A stretch of DNA of 63,935 nucleotides, counting the filler, from Salisapilia sapeloensis CBS 127946 (lineage: Eukaryota; Protista; Oomycota): the NCBI GenBank assembly GCA_023334545.1. It is 11 parts of 11 records of this genome, joined end to end, with 100 filler letters (N's around TTAATTAATTAA, not from the genome) between each part and the next. Parts side by side here need not be neighbours in the genome. Positions count along the whole stretch, not along the records: positions 55,164 to 59,206 come from JAADVB010000693.1; positions 59,307 to 60,719 come from JAADVB010001159.1; positions 60,820 to 62,106 come from JAADVB010001213.1; positions 62,207 to 63,935 come from JAADVB010001062.1; 7 more parts are not named here. One strand, written 5' to 3'. The notes beneath the pieces are model-generated. The model was given only the letters and a program-made list of their open reading frames with translations. It was not told the DNA's origin and did not search any database. Both the position numbers and the translations under genes were made by a program. Positions 55,165-63,935 of the stretch are shown piece by piece. The first letter of the stretch is position 1. The number at the start of each line of letters is the position of its first letter.

Positions 55165-56556
55165 GTCCTCACGACACTTCCATGGACTCTGAACGCTTTC
55201 CTCGGCGTCATCACGGATTGTTTCCCTATCTTTGGCTACCGTCGCCGCCCCTACATGGTCCTTGGGTGGATAGTTTGTGCGATCTGCACCCTCGCAATGG
55301 CATGTATGCCCATCGGAGACCCGTATTACCCAGATCCAGAGTACGTATCCAAAGATGTGGCAACCTTGAGTGAAGAGCAAGTAGCATCATTCAATCAGGA
55401 CGCACCGGGCAATGGTACCAAGTTTATTATTCTGATGATCGTAGCAGACATTGGTATGGTCTTTGCGTCTACTTCCGTCGACGGTATGGTCATCGAACTT
55501 TCCCAGCGGGAGGCGGTTAATGTACGTGGCACAACCCAGACGATGGTGTGGGTATCGAAGATGATTTTTGGGATCGTTGCTAACGTCATGATTGGGTTCG
55601 GACTAAACTCTGCTGACTTCGGTGGTTCTTTCGCTGGTGATATGGGCGTCAATGCCATCTTCGGTGTGTGCTGTGCCGCGTCGCTGATCTCCGCTGCTGG
55701 TGCCTGGTACTTCATCGCGGAGGAAAAACATGCTGGACTAAAGCTTGGCGACGAAGTCAGCAAGCTCTTCGGTATGTTGCAGGAGCAAGTGGTGTATCAG
55801 CTGATTGCGTTCCGGTTCTTCCACAACATGTTCTCGTACATCACAGTGACTGCTGCATTGCCACTGCAAAGCACTTGGGTGCGTGTGGAGCCTGTGAACT
55901 CATCTATAGCGACGATTATATCGACAGTAATTTCTGCGTCTGGGCTACTCATTATTAAACAGTTCGGCCTAGGCTGGAATTGGCGGTATCTGGTTGTTGT
56001 CACCCAGATACTTGTCGTGGCAATCGACTGTATTCCTGTCTTCTTCACGATATGGGATGTCGTACGATCCCAGTGGTTCTACTTGGGGCTTCCGCTCGTG
56101 GCTGAAATTCCTGACACTATCGGCTGGGTGGTCACAATCTATGCCATGATCGAGGTGATCGACGAAGGAAGCGAAGCAACGGGACATGGTCTCATTTCCG
56201 GTGTCTCGACATTGGCATCACCTTTTGCGACTGTTGTCACCAAGGCTATCGATCAAAACTTTGAAATTGCCTTGACGGATCTCCAGCGTGATGACACAGA
56301 AGTGCGAAACCAAGTCACGTACGCTTACTTGATTGCATACATCTTCAATCTTGCGTCGGTGCTCTTCGTGATACTCTTACCAAGGCAGAAGCTCCAGACG
56401 CAGCAGCTTAAGAATGAAGGCAGCAAAAACTTCTGGGCTGGTGTCGTTGTCACCGTTATTATCGCCTTCGTTTATATCTGGAGTATCATGACGAATCTCA
56501 TGTCCATCTTCCCGTCGACGGCGTGTCTAAAAGTTGCCGGTGGCAGCGGCTGCTAG
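55165..56556 (+). CDS. Folate-biopterin transporter (FBT/BT1, MFS) family protein, 5'-partial
   Basis: LPWTLNAFLGVITDCFPIFGYRRRPYMVLGW, VDGMVIELSQRE...RGTTQT, WNWR, EGSEATGHGL, LLPRQK; many TM segments; open to the contig edge. Confidence 0.85.
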   Translation, partial: VLTTLPWTLNAFLGVITDCFPIFGYRRRPYMVLGWIVCAICTLAMACMPIGDPYYPDPEYVSKDVATLSEEQVASFNQDAPGNGTKFIILMIVADIGMVFASTSVDGMVIELSQREAVNVRGTTQTMVWVSKMIFGIVANVMIGFGLNSADFGGSFAGDMGVNAIFGVCCAASLISAAGAWYFIAEEKHAGLKLGDEVSKLFGMLQEQVVYQLIAFRFFHNMFSYITVTAALPLQSTWVRVEPVNSSIATIISTVISASGLLIIKQFGLGWNWRYLVVVTQILVVAIDCIPVFFTIWDVVRSQWFYLGLPLVAEIPDTIGWVVTIYAMIEVIDEGSEATGHGLISGVSTLASPFATVVTKAIDQNFEIALTDLQRDDTEVRNQVTYAYLIAYIFNLASVLFVILLPRQKLQTQQLKNEGSKNFWAGVVVTVIIAFVYIWSIMTNLMSIFPSTACLKVAGGSGC

Positions 56557-56672
56557 GCAATCACAACGGTGCAGGAGTGGGCAAAATGAAGTGTAATGGT
56601 TTAGTGAGATAAAGCATGCTTCGTTAATTTAACGTAAGCATCTACATCGTATTCGTCGTATTCGTTGCAATA

Positions 56673-56870
56673 GGGCGTGTCAAACCTGCCAAAATCGCAA
56701 AATATAATGAGGTGTCTGATTGCCAAATAATCGGCCATAACTCCTAAAAAATCGGAAGTTTTATTTTGAGCGGTCATGAATCAGTAGGCTCCAAATAAGA
56801 TCAGTAGAGTCGAAAGATGAGAATCTTATTTAAGAAAAATCAGGCACTTTTTGCCAGGTTTGACATCCCC
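56673..56870. mobile_element. 198-bp MITE with ~22-bp imperfect TIRs and TA flanks (Tc1/mariner-type target)
   Basis: TA|GGGCGTGTCAAACCTGCCAAAA ... TTTTGCCAGGTTTGACATCCCC|TA; internal inverted pairs AGGTGTCTGATT/AATCAGGCACTT and AAATAAGAT/ATCTTATTT. Confidence 0.8.
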
Positions 56871-57020
56871 TAATAGGGGGAGTCAAAGTTGTCTAAAGTC
56901 GTCTTATAAGTTTATGTTTGGAGCACTACTGTTTTGGTCTCCGATCCTTGTATTTTTCGTCCTATAATTCAAATCAGCTACCTCTGGAGGTAGCCGATAT
57001 AAAATATCGACTGCTGATAA

Positions 57021-57186
57021 TCTAAATGGTCCGATATCTCTGCAGGCCGGTGAAGATAATCATGGCCGCAGAGTACTGATAATTTCTGCGCAATCTATAA
57101 ACTTTCACTCCACCTATTGTGGGTACATACGTTTAATAACCATCCTAGCATGTTAACCCGCTCGCGAAGCGAGTGGCAACAACTAG
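57021..57186 (+). mobile_element. Helitron 3' terminus (short non-autonomous element; 5' end tentative)
   Basis: GC hairpin CCGCTCGC-GAA-GCGAGTGG (57158-57176), then CAACAACTAG|T; candidate 5' end A|TC at 57020/57021. Confidence 0.7.
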
Positions 57187-59206
57187 TGTTAAATGCTATT
57201 TTGTAAAGCGAAACATATCGATGGGGCCGGAGTGCTAACTTTTCGGCCACTCATAAATGCTAACACGACATATTTCACAGCTACAGTACAGTTGAAGCGA
57301 CTGTAAAGTGGAATTAGTGTAAAATATGCTCTAGCTATCGGTTGGTTCAAGGTACATCTATTTCGCCTACGTCTACATCAGTCGGTAAAGAAAACAAAAA
57401 AATGTCACAATGTTGTGATGACATTAGGTCTCAAGAAAAGTTGACTACCATAAAATCCTTCATTAACTGTGGAAGAGAATTCGAGATGGTAGAAGCGCAA
57501 GTCGACTTCTATCGCACATGCAAGTCCAGCAACGGCTGTTCATATGTCTTAACAAGTTTTCAACATTCATGATAGATGTGAGACGACAGGAATTTCGTCC
57601 CATCAACTGTGAATATAAGATGAGCTGTGGTTAGGGAAAACAATTTCATCTGCATAATCGCCCGCAGCCCGAAATTTGACGCATGTTGGACCATTTATAT
57701 ATGATAGTGACATCGAACTGGATTGTGGCCACAGTGATACATTTAAATAGACAAAAAGTTCACCTTTGATTATGGATTTTCAGTTGTGAATTTAGCTCGA
57801 TGCGATAAAGAGATCAGATACGGGTTGTCATGTACTACAATTGTTTGTGCTAGTTTGTCCACACACAATGAAGCATAGATATATGTCCGTAAGCTACTAC
57901 CTATGCAACTTCACTTGCTGCTAAGAATATCTTTTACAGATTGTAGATGCATCAATTTCCTCGTACACACCCAGTATCAAACCCATCATTAAAGTTATTT
58001 TCCGATAAGACAATGTAACTTTAATCGTCCAAGCACCCAAATGTGTAAACTTTTTCAGATGCTGTTTATGCATCTAAGATCACGCTTTTCAGCATATCCC
58101 TGTTTTGAGGACAAACATTTACATGTGAACTTTCACTGGGCATACAAGAAAAGATCTACAATTTTGAACTACCTCTGCTTACTTCTAGGTAGATTACTAC
58201 GCTAGAATACATTGATACCGAAGTACCACATAATTCCTGTCCGCATACTAAAAGGTATAGTGTATCTGCTCGCAACCTTTCATACGCGTACACTTTGTTC
58301 AAAATATACTCGTGTAGAAACTAAAACACATTTTAAATAAAATTTATAGTGCTCAGGAGTAGTACAGAATTTAAGACATCTAATAGCACTGGATTAACTC
58401 CCTCTCCCTCACACACACTCCCGTATGTTGGTCCTCCAACACAAGCGTTTAATACACTTAGTTCCACTATTCGGCGTTTGATTCATACAGAAACAGCAAG
58501 TTTTAGGATAAAAAGGGTATTTGCACAGGTTTAGGGATGCTTGCTAACATGCTGCAAGCATCGAGATATAGACACGTGTGTGGCGAAGGAGAAACCCACG
58601 CTCTTCACAAAATCAACGCCGAAGTCTCCTTCCCTGAGAAGCACCAAGAAGCAGAAGGACGTCAATCTGCACGCGCCAGACGACGCGCCGACTGAATGGA
58701 GGGCGGCGATGAGGTGGCGGGAGGCAAATCGGCGGGCAACAAGACGGCGAGCGCCATGGTGGTGGGTAGCAAGGTGGCGAGCAGCTTGGTTGAGGACGAG
58801 GTAGGGAGCACCGTGATGGATGATGAGGTAGCAACCAGTGTGGCGCGTAGCGCGATAGAGGGTGAAATGGCAAGCATTTAATGGCGGATGAAATAGTGGC
58901 GGGCGCGGTTGTGTCACCGACGGCTAGCGATGCGTTGGATGATCTGGTGGCGGGTACCATGGAATTTAAACTGTTAGCGATGTCAATATGTCTGCGGTAC
59001 AAGCGACTAGGGCTTTAGGGGGTGATGGTGTGATGTTATCAAATTTTGTCGATGTGACGGAAGTAACAACGATAGCCCTTTAAACGTAAGGGAAGCGTTA
59101 AACGCGGAGTATGAAACTCTTGTACTAAAAGTACGGAAGTAGTGTAAGACACTTGTGCTTTAGAAAGCAAAATGAGAACTGGTTGTGTTGAGGCTTAATT
59201 CGAATA

Positions 59207-59306
59207 NNNNNNNNNNNNNNNNNNNNNNNNNNNNNNNNNNNNNNNNNNNNTTAATTAATTAANNNNNNNNNNNNNNNNNNNNNNNNNNNNNNNNNNNNNN
59301 NNNNNN
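59207..59306. other. Artificial contig linker
   Basis: N-TTAATTAATTAA-N, 100 nt. Confidence 0.99.
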
Positions 59307-59307
59307 A

Positions 59308-60690
59308 TTTTCGACCGATTTGGTACGACGGGTTGAGGTCCATCATGGGTCAACGATCACAGCCGCATTACCAAAAGGTGGATCCGGCTTATCAAAGCAG
59401 CAGGGTGAATTGTACCGTGTTGACTTTGGTGACACGACAAAGTGTGTCAGGAGTAAGTTGGAGGTGCTCGAATCGAGTCACTACATGCTTTTCACGGAGC
59501 ATGCAATGACTGAAGTGAGTGTCAGCATGGAAACGAGCCCTAGTGGTGCGGAAGGAATTCCACAAACGATCACCATGGAGACGTGTCTCTTTGGATGCTA
59601 TGCCGACAGGAGTGATGTGGACGATGTGCAAGACTGGGTTGGAGCCATAGCTGCTTCCCTACTCATCACGCTCACGTCTCTCGTAGGTGTGGCAGTACTT
59701 GGTCTGGACAAAGGGTCAGCTACCTCCATTGTGGAGTACATGACCAGTTTTGCAGCTGGATGCCTACTCGGTGTCGTCGTCTTTCATTTGTATCCTGAAG
59801 GATCCAACTACCTGTCTGATTACAAAGCGGCCATGGGCCTTTGTGTACTTGGTGGGATCTTGTTCTCCATCGGCGTGGAGCAGGGCGTGCACATGATCTT
59901 AAACTCTTTCGGAGCAAACCCCGTTGGTGAAAAGCATCATCACGGGCACTCGCACCATCATCACCACCATCACAGTCTCAGCCATTCCCACAATCATCAG
60001 CAGGATAGTGAGTATCAGCCTCTGCGGAGCTCTGTAAATGATTCAACGGAACCAACCGAAGACGTGGACACCGATCTCTCTACCTCGGAAGACAGGAATA
60101 AGCCAGCTTTGGGCTACAGTGATCTCCCCTCCTTGACAGACGTCGAGGAAGGGCATCATAGCACCGTTCCTCGAATGACGTGGCGAAAGTACTTTGGCTC
60201 CTTGCGCTTTGTGAAGCCAATCGCCTGGATCACTGCTGCTGGAGATTTCTTCCATGCGTTCACGGATGGTGTTGTGCTCGGTGTTGCGTTCAAAAGCTGC
60301 AGCTCAGCTCTGGGGTGGACAGTGGCCATGGGGATCGTCCTGCATGAGGTGCCACATCGTGTTGGTGACTTTTTCATCTTCCTCAAAGCCGGCATGGTCT
60401 TGTCCCAAGCGCTTCTGATCAACTTTATAGCTTCATTAGCGTCCTTGTTTGGTGTTCTGATTTTGCTGGGAACTGGCTCTGTTAGTGAATTTACACTAGG
60501 TGTCCTTCTTGGCGTTGGAGCAGGTGCCTTGGTGTTCATCGCCATGACCGAGCTGCTGTCTCCGATGCTATCGGCCGACGAACCACAGATCGTGCTTTGC
60601 CACGTGATGAGCTTTGTCATTGGTTGCGTGCTCATGGCTTTGTCAACCTTGCAAGATGTTCACTGCCACCGTGGACTGCATGGAAGCTAG
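59308..60690 (+). CDS. ZIP (SLC39, LIV-1-like) metal transporter, 5'-partial
   Basis: SFAAGCLLGVVVFHLYPE, His-rich loop HHHGHSHHHHHHHSLSHSH, GDFFHAFTDG, LHEVPHRVGDF, GALVFIAMTELL. Confidence 0.92.
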   Translation, partial: FSTDLVRRVEVHHGSTITAALPKGGSGLSKQQGELYRVDFGDTTKCVRSKLEVLESSHYMLFTEHAMTEVSVSMETSPSGAEGIPQTITMETCLFGCYADRSDVDDVQDWVGAIAASLLITLTSLVGVAVLGLDKGSATSIVEYMTSFAAGCLLGVVVFHLYPEGSNYLSDYKAAMGLCVLGGILFSIGVEQGVHMILNSFGANPVGEKHHHGHSHHHHHHHSLSHSHNHQQDSEYQPLRSSVNDSTEPTEDVDTDLSTSEDRNKPALGYSDLPSLTDVEEGHHSTVPRMTWRKYFGSLRFVKPIAWITAAGDFFHAFTDGVVLGVAFKSCSSALGWTVAMGIVLHEVPHRVGDFFIFLKAGMVLSQALLINFIASLASLFGVLILLGTGSVSEFTLGVLLGVGAGALVFIAMTELLSPMLSADEPQIVLCHVMSFVIGCVLMALSTLQDVHCHRGLHGS

Positions 60691-60719
60691 GCACAAGACC
60701 TCCCAGCAGCAAGTATGGA

Positions 60720-60819
60720 NNNNNNNNNNNNNNNNNNNNNNNNNNNNNNNNNNNNNNNNNNNNTTAATTAATTAANNNNNNNNNNNNNNNNNNNNNNNNN
60801 NNNNNNNNNNNNNNNNNNN
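60720..60819. other. Artificial contig linker
   Basis: N-TTAATTAATTAA-N, 100 nt. Confidence 0.99.
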
Positions 60820-60960
60820 GTAGTGTATTTAAGTCGACGGGTAGACCAAAGTATGAATATAAGTATCGGTAGTTGGAAACATATACGCATTGGCAAGGGT
60901 GGTTGTATTCTTTAAGACGAAGGATGATGAGAGGAGGACGATAGACCGATAGAGCTGTTG
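60820..60960. repeat. Left arm of exact 141-bp inverted repeat (partner 61966-62106)
   Basis: GTAGTGTATTTAAGTCGACGGG...GATAGAGCTGTTG is the reverse complement of 61966-62106. Confidence 0.97.
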
Positions 60961-61965
60961 CGGCATCGAAGAGTGGAGTTCGAAGCGCGGTTGCTCTGAC
61001 AGGACACATGAGATAGTTTACAGATTGCAAATTTTGGACGCACAGAACAACTTCAATGAAGATTGAGTTATTGGTATCATGTACTTGACATTGTCTTGTA
61101 CTGGAGGGTGAAGCAGATCCTGAAGTTTATGAGAATGACAATTTAGTCGCCTTACGTTCATACTTCAGATTTGAAATCCACTACATGCCTCATAACTCAA
61201 ATAGCTTTCATATTCGTGAGGCCCTTGCGAGAGTTGTGGGCAAGCTATTCACCAAATAAGAAACGTTTAATCCATAGTGTGGGTAGAAGCGATTACCGTA
61301 CAGACAAGGAGATTCTACGGCAAAGATATGCAAGACGAGGACTATGCAGTGTGCCTCCAGTATTAAAAGTTAATGCCTACAAAAGAAGAACATCTATGAT
61401 ACAAGACTCAATGCATCTATCTAGTTTCTGCTCTTTGAATCTCTCCTTGTGTTAGTTTTATTGATGTCTACTTTAATTCGACTCAGCCCGAACAGCATCT
61501 ACAAGATCTAGAGGTGCGTCAATTCAATTCCGACTTGCTACTACCAACTCCGAACACTCCATCTTTAAATTCATAATTTAGTAATTGAACTCCGTTGTAG
61601 TGATAGAGATGCTCTAACCTATTACTAGGCGGATAGAGCATGCACCGTAAGGCATTAGCGAGCTTTACGCCAACATACAGCGTATCAAGATCTGTCAACT
61701 TCAACTTAGCTTCAACTACGCACTCATAGGAGCTCACTTCCCAAATCCGATTCATCCCTACCGGTCATCAACACATAGGGTATACAATAACATTCTCTTA
61801 CGTTTCTGGACGCTCGCCTAGCAATACAAGACTGATCTCCACCTTCCTGCCTTCACCTCCTGATGAGCATCTCTGTACACATTAAAAGAATTCTCTATCA
61901 AAAATTTATCTCCTAACATGTAAACATCACCCATTCCATCTACATGGCTACAGTACTGTAATCAA

Positions 61966-62106
61966 CAACAGCTCTATCGGTCTATCGTCCTCCTCTCATC
62001 ATCCTTCGTCTTAAAGAATACAACCACCCTTGCCAATGCGTATATGTTTCCAACTACCGATACTTATATTCATACTTTGGTCTACCCGTCGACTTAAATA
62101 CACTAC
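61966..62106. repeat. Right arm of exact 141-bp inverted repeat
   Basis: CAACAGCTCTATC...CCCGTCGACTTAAATACACTAC. Confidence 0.97.
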
Positions 62107-62206
62107 NNNNNNNNNNNNNNNNNNNNNNNNNNNNNNNNNNNNNNNNNNNNTTAATTAATTAANNNNNNNNNNNNNNNNNNNNNNNNNNNNNNNNNNNNNN
62201 NNNNNN
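62107..62206. other. Artificial contig linker
   Basis: N-TTAATTAATTAA-N, 100 nt. Confidence 0.99.
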
Positions 62207-63005
62207 CTGGGTTTCCACCAGCACCGGCTCCTTGACCACCGGCTCCTTGACCACCGGCTCCAGAGCCTTGGCCGCCAGCGTTGCCTCCTTGACCACCGGC
62301 ACCAGCTCCCTGGCCACCAGCATTGCCTGGGTTTCCACCAGCACCGGCTCCTTGGTCACCGGCTCCAGAGCCTTGGCCGCCAGCACTAGCTCCGTTGCCA
62401 CCAGCACCGGCTCCGTTGCCGCCGCCACCACCTCCATTTTGAATCGTCACACAGTTCTTGTACATTTGCCATTCCGGCTGGTGGAGAGCAAGCCAGTAGA
62501 ACTTGAACTCGCATGTACCCGAGCAAGCCGAATAGTCGATCGGGATCTCGGCAGGATAGGCCGGGTACGTTCTCGCACAGTTGTCATCTTGGGCGACCAT
62601 TTGGTCGTCAATCCATGCTTCACAGGGACCAGTGTGAGAGTTGAGGAAACCTTCCTGGTATTGATCGTTCTGCCACTTCATGGAGCTGAGGCCGCTGACA
62701 TCAACGGGGGTGTTGTCCGGGTTCGTAGGACCACAGCCGTCATAATTCGCATCGATCAACTCCTTCAATGATTTATACTTGGAGTTGGGGAAGGCTTTAG
62801 TGAACACAGCAACGTTATCATCGGGGCTGTGATCCCACACAAGACCACCGAATGCATCCGGGTCCGAGCTTTCGTCGATTTTGCCAACCATGTCGGTCGG
62901 CATCTGACCCGGTATCATCTCAGCTTCGGGCTGGGCGAGGTAGCCATGAGCATTGACTTGGTGCACAGTCAAGGCCGAAGCTGCGATTATACTTGTAATC
63001 TTCAT
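62207..63005 (-). CDS. Secreted AA17-family lytic polysaccharide monooxygenase with Gly/Ala/Gln-rich repetitive tail, 3'-partial
   Basis: Signal peptide MKITSIIAASALTVHQVNA followed by His1 (HGYLAQP); second His in GFLNSHTGPCEAWID; FYWLALH...WQMYKNC with the axial Tyr; GGQGAGAGGN repeats run to the contig edge. Confidence 0.8.
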
Positions 63006-63047
63006 CGTATTGCGTGCTGGGTCTTTGGGTTGTTGCTGCTGCTGGAG

Positions 63048-63063
63048 CAAGTTGGAAAATGAA
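63048..63063 (-). promoter_or_regulatory. Oomycete Inr/FPR-like core promoter of the LPMO gene
   Basis: Minus strand TTTCATTTTCCAACTTG about 55 nt upstream of the ATG; close to YCATTYYNCAWTTT. Confidence 0.5.
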
Positions 63064-63935
63064 AAGCAAGCGGATTGGTAAGTAAATCGGGATCCCAAGC
63101 TCACGCAATTCCCGGTTGCTTTTCAAGAACACACCGAAAGGGCTTGTTGGGCGATAATAGATTGATCGATTGAAAAAGATCTACGCCAGCATCAAGCCAT
63201 TACATCGGAGCCCACGGTACGCATATTGGGCACAGTTGTTTGCCTGGAATACCGTAACATTGGCAGACGATTGGATGAGGTGCCTATTCATGCCCATGAT
63301 CTGCTACTTTGATCTGCTATTTGCGCTTATTAGTGAGTCATTGATCGTGCTTTTCTTCAAAGCCAGAGGATGAAAAGACCAGTGCTTATACTGCGCATGC
63401 ACCACAATTATACTTTGGTTCATCATTCAAGATCAATGCGATTGGCGTACGAGTAGAGCATGCTTCATTAACAGCTCTCTTCATACGGACTAGGTACACA
63501 CTGTGTATTCAAGGGCTTCAAAGGATGTATAGAAACCATTAATTCTATTCTTTCGATTGGATCTTCGTCGACAAATGGTTTTACGAAATTCATCTCGTTG
63601 GATTTAATCACTCGTAGTGGCTTCTACTGCTGCTAATTGAAGCATTGCACGTAGCATCTCTTATACCCGCGCATAAAAGATACCAAATACGACTACCAAG
63701 CTACTGAAAAACATCTAGTCAGCCAATAATTGATCCTGACGTTATATGCAGCCATGTTGTAGTAAACAGACATAAAAGCCGATTCGAAAGTCTTATTCGA
63801 TGCTCCCTCTCGTCTAGTGTCCGGTTCATTGTCATTGCATCGAGACACAATTGCTTCGGAATAGACTTGCGTGCATGTGGGTATTTTGTAAATGCTGGCT
63901 TCGGCTTGATACTAGGGCTTCGGCGTGCTAACACA

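Noticed and set aside
58531-59002. GC-rich patch with overlapping ORFs in several frames
   Set aside because: No frame is clearly the coding one and no domain was recognised; probably a decayed gene or TE fragment
6666-62206. Recurrent TTAATTAATTAA 12-mer inside N runs (10 copies)
   Set aside because: Identical 100-nt construction each time with stops in all six frames: an artificial concatenation spacer, not a biological repeat
47144-63005. Apparent metal-handling cluster (Cu-ATPase, ZIP, copper LPMO)
   Set aside because: Three unrelated contigs; no linkage evidence
1-63935. tRNA, rRNA or snRNA genes
   Set aside because: No cloverleaf, box A/B or conserved rRNA segments recognised by eye; a tRNAscan-SE or Infernal run would be needed to exclude them

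Overview
Eukaryotic DNA, almost certainly an oomycete (stramenopile). Evidence: short GT-AG introns of about 50-100 nt, an AA17-type LPMO, an oomycete-style folate-biopterin transporter, a TKL kinase, and L1-like elements carrying an archaeal-type RNase H. The window is not one locus. It is 11 separate contigs joined by ten artificial 100-nt linkers (44 N + TTAATTAATTAA + 44 N), so adjacency across linkers means nothing. Segments: (1) 1-6665, HDAC-family deacetylase and fused Gln-dependent carbamoyl-phosphate synthase; (2) 6766-9656, PX-domain gene and GPAT-like acyltransferase; (3) 9757-16590, decayed L1/RNase H element, EamA pseudogene, subtilisin, 8-exon TKL kinase; (4) 16691-41667, a dense block of about 15 housekeeping genes (DUF2817 fragment, BAF-like protein, GOLD/coiled-coil/F-box protein, CstF-77, FANCD2, Tc1-HTH-derived gene, CTFxP-repeat protein, HAD hydrolase, peroxisomal Lon, V-ATPase C, RS/K-rich protein, RING protein); (5) 41768-47043, glutamate synthase (3' partial); (6) 47144-53079, P1B-ATPase fragment and a repeat protein; (7) 53180-55063, internally deleted L1; (8) 55164-59206, FBT transporter, MITE and Helitron end; (9) 59307-60719, ZIP transporter; (10) 60820-62106, 1-kb spacer between inverted repeats; (11) 62207-63935, AA17 LPMO with a Gly-rich tail. 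Best leads: a BAF (barrier-to-autointegration factor)-like gene, an apparently domesticated Tc1/mariner DNA-binding domain, a GOLD protein with a C-terminal F-box, and an in-frame RT-to-RNase H deletion fusion in an L1. Three contigs also have ends that are exact inverted repeats of each other (141 bp in two cases); this is either real fold-back duplication or whole-genome-amplification chimerism. No rRNA, tRNA or CRISPR array was recognised. All family calls are from motif recognition by eye; no database searches were run.
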